Below are positions 1-12,021 of a stretch of 64,000 nt of DNA, piece by piece. This stretch comes from Octopus sinensis (lineage: Eukaryota). The position numbers and the translations under genes were made by a program. Below the pieces are notes generated by a model. That model was not told the DNA's origin, ran no database searches, and saw only the letters and a program-made list of their open reading frames with translations. The first letter of the stretch is position 1; the number at the start of each line of letters is the position of its first letter. The stretch is taken from contig NC_043001.1 in assembly GCF_006345805.1 (NCBI RefSeq), positions 92,132,001-92,196,000 on the forward strand. The letters run 5' to 3'.

Positions 1-100
1 AAGTCAAAGTCAACCTCGGCGGAATTTGAACTCAGATCGTAGAGTTCGAAGAAAATGCCGCTAAGCATTTTACACGACGTACTAACGCTTCTACCAGTTC
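1..100 (-). mobile_element. SINE-A (tRNA-derived) head fragment
   Basis: Reverse complement of the family head with B-box-like GAGTTCAAATTCC and ...GCCGAGGTTGACTTTG. Confidence 0.8.
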
Positions 101-721
101 GTATAACACATAAACATTGGTTTCAAATTTTGGCACAAGGCCGGCAATATTAAAACACTGAGTATTATCCTAAGTTGTTGATTGTACAGTACGACCTCCC
201 TGTAAAAGCAGTGAAATATCTCTGGAATTACACTCCACCGTTCAAAAGAACAAAAAAAAAATGATAATTGATGACGTAGTCTGATATCTATTTCGTGAAA
301 AAGTGAGGTTGGGTATTGCTCAATTATACGTCCTTTCTCAATCTGAGTTGATCTTGGACTTAGCTGCAACAACAATAACGGCAATAGATATTCTGAAGAA
401 TGCTTTTTAAGTTTTCAGTTTTATCTATAAGTGTTTATGTGTATTTAGTCGAGCGTGTATTAACGTATTCGAGTTTAATTATTTGATTTCTTACAAACAT
501 GCAAAGATCTATTATTGTAATGTAGATGACAAAAATAAATTCACATTTTGAATCTGAGAAAAGTCCTGCATATATTTACTGCGCCACTTCCTGGTTGTAT
601 TTGTAATGTGTCTATAAGCTGGCTGATTTCTTTTTCTGAAAACTTTAACTCATCCAAGTTGTCAATTAAACATTTACTAACAAAATCAGGTTCATCAATT
701 ATTATGTTATAAATGTGAATA

Positions 722-936
722 TACAGGGTGTCCTAGAAGTCACACAACATTCTTGTTTTCATTAAAAATAATTAAAGCATTTTATTATATTATTTTTTTT
801 TTTTGCATGTTTTATTGTAGAGGTGCTCAATTTGTGTATTTGTTACGATTAATTTCAATAAAGTGTTTTTGAAATCAATAAGGATGTATTCTTTTAAAAA
901 AACCAGGATAGTGCGCAACTTCTAGAACACCCTGTA
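722..936. mobile_element. Tc1/mariner-type MITE
   Basis: TIRs TACAGGGTGTCCTAGAAGT / ACTTCTAGAACACCCTGTA with TA ends; AT-rich non-coding interior. Confidence 0.8.
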
Positions 937-1272
937 TATTCCGAGTACAGAAGCTGAAGATTTCGAAGCAGTTATTCTCTTTGATTTTGTAAAGAGATAT
1001 TCACACCTGCAAGGCAGTTGTCCCAAAGAACGGTTTCCGATCTGTTATCGTTGCACTTGGCAGAAGTTTTGATAGAAATGCTTTACCAATATTTCTTGTA
1101 TTGATGTTTATGCATGTATTCAGTAATAGAGGAATCCTCTACATTTATCCTAGGACAGTCTATTCTTTTTCGGATGGAATTGTATATTGTTTTAGCAACA
1201 CTGTCATGTTTCTTCGAGGGGTAGTACCTTGAAGACATATTCGTGTATTGATCACATATGCATGATGTCCGG
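937..1272 (-). pseudogene. R4/Dong-like non-LTR retrotransposon REL-endonuclease fragment
   Basis: MSSRYYPSKKHDSVAKTIYNSI...EYMHKHQYKKYW and LLRNLQLLY align by eye to the larger copy at 33050-33410. Confidence 0.75.
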
Positions 1273-1440
1273 CCAGTTTGGAGCAATCTCGAGTATAATC
1301 AGCCGAAATTGCAAAGATAATCTGGAACTCGACTGAGGAAAGAAAACTCCGAATGACCCGTCCTTGTTTTCTTTGTATAGTCCGTCACCTAACTGTCTGG
1401 ATGGTTTGCGTTCTAGTCCCATTTTTGTATTTTTTATATA
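1270..1440 (+). repeat. Short interspersed repeat, possibly Penelope-derived (copy 1)
   Basis: Near-identical to 2030-2228 (GGAGCAATCTCGAGTAT...CAGCCGAAATTGCAAAGATAATCTGG...CTGAGGAAAGAAAACTC); ends in TA tract. Confidence 0.6.
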
Positions 1441-2029
1441 TAAAAATATAGCGGCGTATGGACAATTTGGTCTCTTATATGTAAATATATATATATATAT
1501 GTATATAATATAAATTTTGTACGATTCTATTATTCTTTCTATTCTTTCATTCTTTCCTTCATTCTATCAGACCCTTCACACTTCGTTCATTCCATTCTTC
1601 GTTCTTTCGTTCCCCCTCTCTCACATTTCCTGGCCTTCTCTTCATGCTCGCCTTCCCTCCTCTTTCACTTCACTCTGTCCCTTTCATTTTTTCTCGCCCC
1701 TCCTTAATTCTTCTATCCTTCAACCTCTACCTCTCTCTCTCTCTTCTCTCCCCATGTGACCGGTGTTCGGCCAAGCACAACCTTTCTTTCTTGGTTCGAC
1801 TACCATCTATGCAACATCTATATTCCTCCATGTACCTGTCAAATCTAATGTCCCTGCCGTAACGCTTTACTTCCAGCTTAATTTAATTCGTCCTTAGTCG
1901 AAAGGCACTCGTTATTAATGTCCTTTTCTTTGTATTTGTGTACCATTTCTCCGTTTTTTTTTTCGTCCATGTTTTTGTATACATTCGCTACTTTCTTCCA
2001 AGAAATCTAGTGCTTTTAGCTTATTTTTT

Positions 2030-2228
2030 CCTTAGGACTGGCCAGATTGGAGCAATCTCGAGTATAGCCAGCCGAAATTGCAAAGATAATCTGGAATTCG
2101 GCTGAGGAAAGAAAACTCTGAATGACCCCTCTTTGTTTTCTTTGTATCGTCTGTCTAGAGTTTTGTTGTCTCTTTTTTGTATAACCAAACTGTCTGGATG
2201 TGTTCTTGTCCCATTTTTGTATTTTATA
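2030..2228 (+). repeat. Short interspersed repeat, possibly Penelope-derived (copy 2)
   Basis: Homologous to 1270-1440; followed by (TA)n/(TACA)n. Confidence 0.6.
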
Positions 2229-2280
2229 TATATATATATAAATATATATATATATGTATGTATATATGTATATATATATA

Positions 2281-2319
<39 letters not shown>

Positions 2320-2529
2320 TACATACATACATACATACATACATACAATATACATATATACAATATACATACATACAATATACATATATACAATATACAT
2401 ACATACATACATACATACAATATACATATATATGTAAGCATGTATTGTCTATCTGTCTATCTATCTCCCGGTCTCTTTCTTTCACTCTCTCTCACTCTCT
2501 CATTTGTGTGTGTGTATATGTGTGTGTAA

Positions 2530-2560
<31 letters not shown>
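2225..2560. repeat. Compound microsatellite (TA)n/(TACA)n/(TG)n
   Basis: Direct inspection. Confidence 0.9.
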
Positions 2561-2561
<1 letters not shown>

Positions 2562-2949
2562 ATCATAAATACGTATCCACCAATCCTTTTAATATACTGA
2601 AACTGCTCAACAATAAAAGCCAACGGTATGAATCCCTTTGGGGACACATTCTAAATTGATACTCTCTCTCCCCTCCCTCTCTCTCCCTCATCCTCTCTCT
2701 GTCTTAGCTGTAGGTTTTGTTTTGAAGCTAAATCCCTTATCAAGTTGATATAGGATCAAGTCCTTATGCAGCAAATAAAAGTAATATTACTCATAGTTCT
2801 TGTTCATGACCTGGAACTTGTATTCTAGTATCACCATTGGAGTTCAGAGACAACTTAAACTAGTAAAATATATTCATGTGACTTCAATATAAATTAGGCC
2901 GGAAAAAAAAGAGGATAGTCTCTTGAGTTTTGATAAGAATCTATGTCAG

Positions 2950-3200
2950 TGTTATGTCATTGCTGTGCCGGACAAGGGAAGTTGAGTATATCCCGGAACA
3001 CGGGAAAATAAGTGTTCTAGTCTGCACATCTGAATCATATTTTCTACCGGGTTCACTTCAATATCCATTCATTAGGGAAGAAAATAAATGATAATCAGAT
3101 GGGGTAATGTCTGGCGAATATGGTGGAAATCAAAGATGGGGGGAGTCAAGAAATTTCCATACAGCTGGAGGCACCAATCGAAACAGGGGATCCGAAATGA
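2950..3200 (-). pseudogene. Mariner transposase C-terminal fragment
   Basis: Minus strand reads FPPYSPDITPSDYHLF (mariner YSPDLAPSDYHLF motif) around 3085-3128. Confidence 0.65.
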
Positions 3201-3339
3201 TAGGGTTGAGAAACGCTGTTATAGATTATACATAACTGCAAACGATCACAGCCACATCATCCAAACAGACCGGGTGAAACCGAACTTAGCTGCTAGTATA
3301 TATATATATAAATTCTCGGGCACAGCCAGCATGGGAAGT

Positions 3340-3540
3340 TCTCAGTTATCATTAATGGTGTGAAACTGAGTATTACCAATGGGTTGGTAACTAAAGAAGA
3401 ATTAGGGACCTTCAGGGTCTGCCTCCCGCCCATTTGTACACTCAGTATACGGATACGTTTTGTTTTAACTGTCGTTGTTTATTTACAGTGCATTTTTTTT
3501 TTCATTTATTAACTAACGGAACGCACACACCACGACTTTA
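3340..3540 (+). repeat. Short repeat, possibly a Penelope pLTR remnant
   Basis: T-rich tail ending at a microsatellite; degenerate CTAAAGAAG at ~3388; family assignment is inference. Confidence 0.3.
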
Positions 3541-3940
3541 TATACATACATACATACATACATACATACATACATACATACAAACATTACATACATATAC
3601 ATACATACATACATACATACATACATACATAATACAAAACATACATACATATACAACATACATACAACATACATACATACATACATTACTACATACATAC
3701 ATAAAACATACATACAATACTACATACATACATACATACATTACAAAACTACATACATACATATACATACATACATACATACATACATACATACATACAT
3801 ACATACATACAACAAACATACATACTACATATACATATACATACATACATACATAATACATACATACATACATTACATACATACATACATAATAATACAT
3901 ACATACATACATACATACGTACGTAGATACGTACATGTAT
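3540..3940. repeat. Degenerate (TACA)n microsatellite
   Basis: Direct inspection. Confidence 0.95.
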
Positions 3941-4224
3941 ACATCTTCAGCGTTCGCTATTTTACTCTCGTTCTGTTTTTGTTCAGTTTCCTTGTATGTC
4001 TCCGCTGTCCTTTTTTTGTTCCCAACTTTGACCCTCCATTAATCCATAATTGTCATTCAATGTTCGAAATGAGGAGAAGATTGACACCAGTAAACTGATG
4101 AAGGGTCGTTCTTCATGTTACTTGTCCTGTTTTCCATTTGTTTCTTTCGTTGTTTGCATATTGAACCCATTTGCTTTCGTATTTCATGTTGTTTACTGGT
4201 GGTGACGTCATGTAACCATATATG

Positions 4225-4226
4225 CA

Positions 4227-4275
<49 letters not shown>

Positions 4276-4298
4276 CTATCTATCTATCTATCTATCTA

Positions 4299-4346
<48 letters not shown>

Positions 4347-4360
4347 CTATATATATATAT

Positions 4361-4400
<40 letters not shown>
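4225..4400. repeat. (TATC)n/(TC)n/(TA)n microsatellite
   Basis: Direct inspection. Confidence 0.95.
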
Positions 4401-4602
4401 CGGAGATGTACCTGCATAGCAAGTGATTTGATCTGAGATCGTGTGCTGAAACGAAAACAATTGCTGCGTGGAGGTGTTTGTAAGCCATTAAGAAACACAC
4501 AAAAGCCGTTCGATTCACTTCAACATTTAAGTTTAATTTTCGAATATTTTCGTCGCTTTAAGACCGCGACCTGTTCCCTGACAAAAATCCATGCTGCATT
4601 GT

Positions 4603-4638
<36 letters not shown>

Positions 4639-4859
4639 CTATATATATATATATATATATATATATCTGTGTGTGTGGTGTGTGTGTGTGTGTGTGTGTG
4701 TGTCTGTGTGTGTGTGTGGTGTGTGTATGTATATATGCATATGCATACATATTCTGAACACCCGACTTTCCTCACATTAACTCATTTAGCCATGCGCATG
4801 AAAATTGCTTCTGGGTGGATAGTTTCATGTTCCACAAATATAATCATTTAAAGTTACAA

Positions 4860-5327
4860 GCACACACATACACATGCAGACATAGACACATCCATCCATC
4901 CATCCATCCATCCATCTATCCATCAATCCATCCATCCATCAATCCAACCAGTCATCCAACCATATACCCATACATAAATATAGCCGCTCGAACAAATAAA
5001 TGGACAGACATACACACACTCATACATCAATACACACACATACACAAACACACCGGCGTGAATGAGTTGTATATTTTGTATGTGTGTGTGCGTGAGTTCA
5101 TGCATGTGTGTTTTGTGTGTGTGTGCGTTCGTGCATCTGTGCGTATGTGCGCGTATGTGTATGTACGTGTATGTGCGGCGCGTGTGTTCGTACATGCGTA
5201 TGTGTGCTCGCGTGCGTGTATGTATGCGTGTGTGTGCATGTGTGTGTGAGTGTGTGTGTGTGTGTGTGCGTGTGTGTGTGTGAGTGTGTGTGTGTGTGTG
5301 CATGTGTGTGTGTGTGAGTGTGTGTGT

Positions 5328-5361
<34 letters not shown>

Positions 5362-5405
5362 GTGTATGTGTGTGCGTGTGTGCGTGCGTGCGTGTGTGTG
5401 TGCGT
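4860..5405. repeat. (CATC)n and long degenerate (TG)n microsatellites
   Basis: Direct inspection. Confidence 0.9.
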
Positions 5406-5799
5406 ATGGGTAAAAAAAAAAAGGGTAACGGATGTGAAAACCTTCAAGCTACTAACGCCCCCGCAATCTTCAGCAGTTATTATTGTCAGCTGATAGTGTC
5501 AGCGTCTGAGCTGCGAACCACTTTGCACTGATGACACGTGACCCGGCTTCTGCTAGATGCCTTACTTCTCATGAGTCATACGCTGCTCTGATAATGTTCT
5601 ACTTCTTATTCACTCAACCTCACCTACTCTAAGTAGCCCACTTCACTAACACTGCTTTTCTTCTCTTTCTCTTCTAACTATATTCTTTTTTTTTCCCCTT
5701 CTTTTCTCCATTCTTCCTATCTTTCTTTCTTACTTTCCTTTTTTTCTTTCCTTCTCACATACCTCTATGCACAAATACATTGTAAGACTCGCTTTTCTT

Positions 5800-6038
5800 T
5801 CGAGAATTCAACCCCCACCCGTGCTATCCGCCCACTACAAAAATCGAACTCAAGAAGCATAACATTACGACACAGCTACGTTACCCCAGCCATTTCAGTT
5901 CCCTATAATATTATACCAAAATACATCGAAACTGAAACAGATCCCATAAAATTCAAAAGTTCTCGGGACAAATTTCTCCAAAAAATCCTGGGCCAACCTC
6001 CTACATTCGGTTATGTCTTCAACAATAACTCTCTGCTA
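5800..6038 (+). pseudogene. 3' end of CR1/L2-group LINE reverse transcriptase ORF
   Basis: Translates to ...YNIIPKYIETETDPIKFKSSRDKFLQKILGQPPTFGYVFNNNSLL, resembling the FK..LDKFL..IPD.PP..GY...NNSL C-terminus of invertebrate CR1/L2-group LINEs. Confidence 0.6.
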
Positions 6039-6039
6039 C

Positions 6040-6455
6040 GGCAGCGAGCTGGCAGAAACGTTAGCACGCCGGGCGAAATGCGTAGCCGTATTTCGTCTGC
6101 CGCTACGTTCTGAGTTCAAATTCCGCCGAGGTCAACTTTGTCTTTCATCCTTTCGGGGTCGATAGATTAAGTACAAGTTACGCGCTGGGGTCGATATAAT
6201 CGACTTAACCCGTTTGTCTGTCCTTGTTTGTCCTCTCTGGGTTTAGCCGCTTGTCGGTAGTAAAGAATAGGTATTGCGTCTGCCGTTACGTTCTGAGTTC
6301 AAATTCCGCCGAGGTCCACTTTGTCTTTCATCCTTTCGGGGTCGATAAATTAAGTACCAGTTACGCACTGGTGTCGATGTAATTGACTTAATCCGTTTGT
6401 CTGTCTTTGTTTGTCCCCTCTATGTTTAGCCCCTTGTGGGTAATGAAGAAACAAG
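6040..6455 (+). mobile_element. SINE-A, dimeric
   Basis: Head GGCAGCGAGCTGGCAGAAACGTTAG (A box), GAGTTCAAATTCC (B box); body repeated twice. Confidence 0.9.
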
Positions 6456-7177
6456 AATGCTAAACTCTTTCGGCGTATTAAAGCTTCGTCTCACTTTCAT
6501 CTTGTGGAACATTTTCTCCGTGGCGCCTCTAATTAATTTTGAAATTTTAACAACAATTTCTTAAACACAAATCAATATTTTGTTTGTAGCGAAGGGCATA
6601 ACCGACTGAATCCATATCAGTGCATTATTGCTATTTATCAACCTGAACGATTTGAAAAAAAAAATGGAAAAAAGATTTGAGAAAAAAAAAAGTTGTTGTT
6701 GTGTTTCGGGACGGTTGTTGTGTTTCTTTTGCCAAATAGACACTCGCACTGTATATTTGTTCTTCACTTGTTTATTACTTTTCTTATTCTAACTCAAGTC
6801 CATCGTCCGGAAATCTTTCGTCACACATCTGTGACCTCTTCAGCGACGCATTTCCTAAAGCAAATTCATGGTATATAATTTTCAGTTAATTTTTACAGCA
6901 CCATTCGCCTTTTTTTTTATCGTTATACAATCTCGAATAGACATGACTGTGTGATTAAGAAGTTCCCTTCGCAACCTCGTGGATTCGGAGTTAGTCCCAC
7001 AGCATGATATTTTAGGGGTCTCCTGCTAAATACCTCGGGCCGAGAAAGTCTTATGAGTGGATTTTGGTAAAACAGAAACTGCGTGAAATCCCGTCGTATA
7101 TATGTGTGTGGGTGCGCGTGCGTATTTATGTATGTGTGCCATGCCACGTCTTTTTGCTTGCTCCGCCCACGCCACTT

Positions 7178-7406
7178 ACTCTTTTACTCTTTTATTTGTT
7201 TCAGTCATTTGACTGCGGCCATGCTGGAGCACTGCCTTTAGTCGAGCAAATCGACCCCAGGACTTATTCTTCGTAAGCCTTGTGCTTATTCTATCGTTCT
7301 CTTTTGCCGAACCGCTAAGTTACGGGGACGTAACACACCAGCATCGGTTGTCAAGCGATGTTGGGGGGTAGGGGCAACACACACACACACACACACACAT
7401 ACACAC

Positions 7407-7437
<31 letters not shown>

Positions 7438-7580
7438 CGCCGGGCTTCTGTCAGTTTACACTCGCAAGGGTTTGGTTGGCCCGAGGCTATAGGAGAAGAC
7501 ACTTGCCCAAGGTGCCACGTAGTGGGACTGAACCCGGAACCATGTGGTTGGTAAGCAAGCTACTTACCACACAGCCATTC
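7178..7580 (-). mobile_element. SINE-B (tRNA head, CORE-like domain, internal microsatellite), full length
   Basis: Reverse complement of GTGTGGTAAGTAGCTTGCTTACCAACCACATGGTTCCGGGTTCAGTCCC...CCTTGGGCAAGTGTCTTC; tail GACTGAAACAAATAAAAGAGT. Confidence 0.9.
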
Positions 7581-8245
7581 CAATTTTGTTTTGCTTACGT
7601 CTCCGTATCTAGAGATCCGGCATAGAATAACTATCACATATGCAATGAGTACTGAAGTTGATTTGTTCGACTAAACCTTTCAAGGGGCTGCTCCGGTGTG
7701 GTTCAAGGGCAACGACTGAAACTTGTAAGAGAAAAAGAAAAAGAAAAACTCAGCTTTGCTTTCCCTTCTTCCGTGTTGACAAATAATTGCCTTCCGCTGC
7801 TGGGTTAATTTACAAAATTCCTTGCTTCGCAGACTTAGAAATTGTTATTTGATACTTATAGTGAAGCAATGTGGTTAATGTACAGCCAATGGGTATAAAT
7901 GGGCACCAGTATATGCTATTGATATAAGTGAGATGAAGAATAAACTTAACGGTTTCAAGATTTTAATTTTGAACCGAGTTGTTGTTTAGTCTGGAGCTTT
8001 ACTACATTATAACTTTTCAGTTTAATGTAATAACATTTAGTAACTAAAGGTTATAATAGTTGTGTTATTGTTTAGAGATGAATAATAATTATAATAGCAA
8101 TTTAGTGAAGAATAGTGTATTGGGCAAAATGGCTTCTTTTTTACCTTTCGAGTTCAAATCTAAAGTTTGTTTATTTTGTCTTTCATTACTCTGGGGTCGA
8201 TAAAATAAATAGCAGCCAAGTTGTAGCCGTGTGCCAATGTTTGAT

Positions 8246-8330
8246 ATGTCTTCTACTATAGCTTCAGGCCGACTAAAGCCTTGTGAGTGGATTTGGTTGA
8301 TGGAAACTGAAAGAAGCCCGTCATATATAT
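8246..8330 (+). mobile_element. SINE-B internal fragment
   Basis: GTCTTCTACTATAGC...GGAAACTGAAAGAAGCCCGTC. Confidence 0.75.
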
Positions 8331-8442
8331 ATAATTAAAAAAATCTTAGGGTAGCAAAAATATTTATAGAAAAATTCTTTGCTACTAGTGGTCTAGCGAG
8401 AAGGAAAAAAATTTAGTCAATAGACTATACATTATTCATAGA

Positions 8443-8858
8443 AGAATACAGTGTACATTCAAACACAAAAGATAACAAAAAAATAGGATATCTGACTCAC
8501 TAGAAAGAGCAGTTAAAACTCCAAGCCACTAATAGCTGCAATTCTGAAAGGGAATGAAAAATGAAACATTTACCCTATTTTTCCAAGACTATACATAGTT
8601 TCTGCAATCTTATATAAATTAAAGTAAAATAATTCCAATTTATATCTGATGAAGCAGCGGCAGATATAAATTGGAATTATTTTATATAAGTTTGCAGAAA
8701 CTATGCATAGTCTATGAAAAGAGGGTAAATATCTTTATTTTTCCTCCCTTTCAGAATTGCACCAATTAGTGGCTTGGAGTTTTAACTGCTCTTTCTAGTG
8801 AGTCAGATATCCTATTTTTCGGTTATCTCTTTTGTGTTTGAATGTATACTGTATTCTT
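8443..8858. repeat. ~415-bp imperfect palindrome (foldback)
   Basis: Arms 8443-8648 and 8661-8858 are reverse complements; 12-nt spacer ATGAAGCAGCGG. Confidence 0.9.
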
Positions 8859-8879
8859 ATATATATATATATATATATA

Positions 8880-9639
8880 TAATAAATATTAGGGAATATA
8901 TCCAAATTTACAGGAAAAAAAAATCAGATTTAGGATTAAATCCAATTTTATAGTAAAATATTATAAAATATTATTTGAGACAAAACCACTATTTTGCAAA
9001 ACAAACAAGGAAAGACTTAATCAATACATAAAATTTAATAAATAGGGAGTATATGTATCTTTTGTGTGTGAGTGTTTTGCGTGTGAGTGTGTGTTTTGTG
9101 TGTGAATGTGTATATGGGTTTGTTATTTAGGTTTTGGGATGTATGTGTTAATTTGTCTGTGTGGGGAGGGAGTGGGTTTTTGTGTATATTGAGGTTTATA
9201 AGTTAGTATAGGTATGTGTATAAGTCGTGAGTCTGTGGTTTACGTGTGTGTATTTGTGTGTGAATGTTTAGGTTAGGGGGTTTACTTTATAGGTTTGTAT
9301 AGAGTTTAGCAAAGGAGATTTTATTCGTTATATGTTTTAAGAGTTTTGTTTTATCATGGTTTTTTTAGGGAATTCGTGGTAATTAGTCTATATTTTCGAT
9401 ATGGATATATATAGGTTATATATGGATTAATACTTATATTTTTCATTTATACTTTAATTATTTAAAAGTATTATTTTTATATTTTATAATTTTGATTTTT
9501 TAGATTGGAAGTCCACCTGAAGATTGTCGATCAAGACAAGAAACGATTGTAGTGGCGTTTTTTTGACTATTTATTAATTTTATGTATTGATTAAGTCTTT
9601 CCTTGTTTGTTTTGCAAAATAGTGGTTTTGTCTCAAATA

Positions 9640-9650
<11 letters not shown>
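8880..9650 (+). mobile_element. Hammerhead-bearing non-autonomous element (Penelope/retrozyme-like) with inverted terminal duplication
   Basis: ~85-bp inverted repeat 8960-9045 / 9568-9650; G/T-skewed non-coding body; hammerhead at 9513-9555. Confidence 0.6.
9513..9555 (+). ncRNA. Minimal type I hammerhead ribozyme, intact core
   Basis: CCAC-CUGAAGA-UUGUC(gaucaa)GACAA-GAAAC(gauu)GUA-GUGG: 4-bp helix I, 5-bp helix II, GUA cleavage triplet ending 9551. Confidence 0.75.
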
Positions 9651-9726
<76 letters not shown>

Positions 9727-9751
9727 TATATTTACATACATATATATATAC

Positions 9752-9787
<36 letters not shown>

Positions 9788-9835
9788 TATGCATACATAT
9801 ACATACATACATACATACATACATACATACATACA

Positions 9836-9871
<36 letters not shown>

Positions 9872-9880
9872 TATATGCAT
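9645..9880. repeat. (TA)n/(TACA)n microsatellite
   Basis: Direct inspection. Confidence 0.95.
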
Positions 9881-9894
9881 GTTTATATTTGTAT

Positions 9895-10052
9895 GTGTGT
9901 CTGTGTTTGTCCCCCACACCATCGCTTGACAAAAAGAGACCGATAGAATAAGTACTAGGCTTACAAAGAATATGTCCTGGGGTCGATTTGTTCGACTAAA
10001 AGGCGGTATTCCAGCATGGCCACAGTCAAATGACTGAAACAACTAAAAGAAT
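9895..10052 (+). mobile_element. SINE-B 3' half
   Basis: GTCTGTGTTTGTCCCCC...GGGGTCGATTTGTTCGACTAAAAGGCGG...GACTGAAAC. Confidence 0.85.
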
Positions 10053-10119
10053 AATTGAATATTCATATGTACTAATTTAAAACCCATTAGTATATTTAAA
10101 ACGTACATATTTTTCTGTG

Positions 10120-10450
10120 CCTTAGCAGAAGAGAGAGGGCAGTGACCATGTTGAATGCAAAAGACTGGTGTGGAGACGAGATGGAAGAAGACAATCCATA
10201 GCTTTCAACAGAAGAATGTAGTGCATGGATTTGTTAAATTAGGCTACAAACCAGCAACCGCGTGCAAGTGCTTGCCACAAAATCGATTGTGTTGAACCGA
10301 ACGAAGTATTATTTTGCCATCCAGATACAGACGACAGGTGTCTTCACAGTTTCTGCCTACTCAGATTCAACCAGCAGTCAGTCCAAGGCCATGGAAGCAG
10401 ACATATGTGCAAAGTTCTGCACACTGGGCTCAAACCGGAAATCATAGCTG
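10120..10450 (+). pseudogene. Possible RTE-type LINE C-terminal remnant
   Basis: Frame reading RWKKTIHSFQQKNVVH, followed by a Cys-containing stretch; weak resemblance only. Confidence 0.3.
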
Positions 10451-10659
10451 TATAGTGAACATCTTGATGAATATAGTCAGTTTGGTAAGTTGTGATCCAT
10501 ATCTAATAATTAAATAACTTCTTCCTGCTTTATTTCACCTGCAAAATAATTATGTGTGACTCTGCGTCATTTGTAAAGTTGATTTTTAATGGATAATAAG
10601 GATCCATACCGTCACCGTTCAGATGGATTTATGTATTACTTACTCCATCAATAGATTTC

Positions 10660-10883
10660 TTATTTCTTTACTACCCACAAGGAGCTACATACAGAAGGGA
10701 CAAACAAGGACAGACAAACGGATAAAGCCGATTACATCGACTCCAGTGTGTAATTGGTACTTATTTAATCGACCCCGAAAGGATGAAAGGCAAAGTCGAA
10801 CTCGGCGGAATTTGAACTCAGAACGTAACGGCAGACGAAATACCGCTAAGCATTTCGCCGGCGCGCTAATGATTCTGCCAGCT
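10660..10883 (-). mobile_element. SINE-A
   Basis: Full reverse complement of family consensus. Confidence 0.9.
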
Positions 10884-11439
10884 TATCATCTTAAGGAGAT
10901 TAATAAATACTAGCTTATATCATGACGATTAGATTAAGGGTTAGTAGAACTTTTGTAAAAGTTGAAGCAGCCAAATCAAAATGTTTTCTCGTGAACTTTT
11001 GTGGGTGAGGTTTCGCCATTAGTTGCAAAGTTCATTTTGCTGACTACAAGTATGATGAGTTTTAATATTTACCAAAGCCAAGAGTGCTAGCATAGCAAAA
11101 ATCCAAGTCTTAACCCTCGAACATGTTACAAAAAATAATTGGACTTGTTGAAGTGTTTGGAAAAGCATAAACATAATCCTGGCTTGGAACTTTCAAATAG
11201 ATATTTTGACCAACTAAATGGTCCCAAAATGCTGCGTTTTTATCACAATTCAAAAACAGGAAAAAATACCTCCTGAGTTTCCTTTATTAAAGTTCACTTC
11301 CTTTTCTGTTGATCGCCATATCAGGTTCAAGAAGATTTGAAATTCCAGGTGTAGTATTTCTACCTGTAATTAAGGTACATTTTATGTGGGGAATTTTGAA
11401 TTCGTAATAATTTACAGGTTTCATTCTCGTGTCTGTATA

Positions 11440-11780
11440 CTTAGAGAATATGTTGGTATTGTTGTTGTTGTTGTTGTTGGTGGTGATGGTAGTGGTAACA
11501 ATGACGACGACGAAACAATGACGACGACGACGACTATGATGATGAGAAGGAGGAGAACTGCGGATATGATCTTGAATTTGGTACTGGTAGTGGTAACAGT
11601 GGTGATGGTGGTGATGATGGTGGAAGTGGGGGCAGTGGTGGTGACGGTGGTGAGATGAGGATAATGATGACGTTGACGACGACGACGATAACAATGATAT
11701 GATGATAGTGACTATGATCGTGACGGTAGTGTTGGCGGTGGTATTAGTCGTGTCGGCGGTGGTAGTGGTGGCGGCACTTT
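11440..11780. repeat. Degenerate trinucleotide repeat (GTT/GGT/GAT/GAC)
   Basis: Direct inspection; source of ORFs 11287-11796 and 11386-11658. Confidence 0.85.
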
Positions 11781-12021
11781 GTTTTTCCCTTGACATAAAT
11801 AAATCCTTGCTTAGTCATTATATACTGGAATGTTTGTATGTGTAATGCCAGGGTCTGAACGATAGCGATAAGCTGTTTCCTCCCTCCTTTGGTTGAGGTC
11901 ATAACTGGTTTTAATACTTATTCCTCGTGGAATATCCTATGTCTTTACTTTATTACAATTTTATTTGATTCAGTCTGTCTGTTAGAGGGAACGAATATAT
12001 AACGATATTTCAACATAGAAA

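Noticed and set aside
4090-4140. CTGATGAAGGG in a pLTR-like repeat (3940-4215)
   Set aside because: No helix II closure or GAAAC downstream.
4535-4590. Minus-strand GTCGC/GCGAC hairpin followed by GAAA
   Set aside because: The upstream core reads TCAGGGA, not CUGANGA; insufficient without a family consensus.
9045-9500. Bisulfite-like or assembly artefact explaining C depletion
   Set aside because: Non-CpG cytosines persist and the region is bounded by coherent inverted repeats; more likely intrinsic strand skew.
11287-11796. His/Thr-rich 169-aa ORF
   Set aside because: Degenerate trinucleotide repeat.
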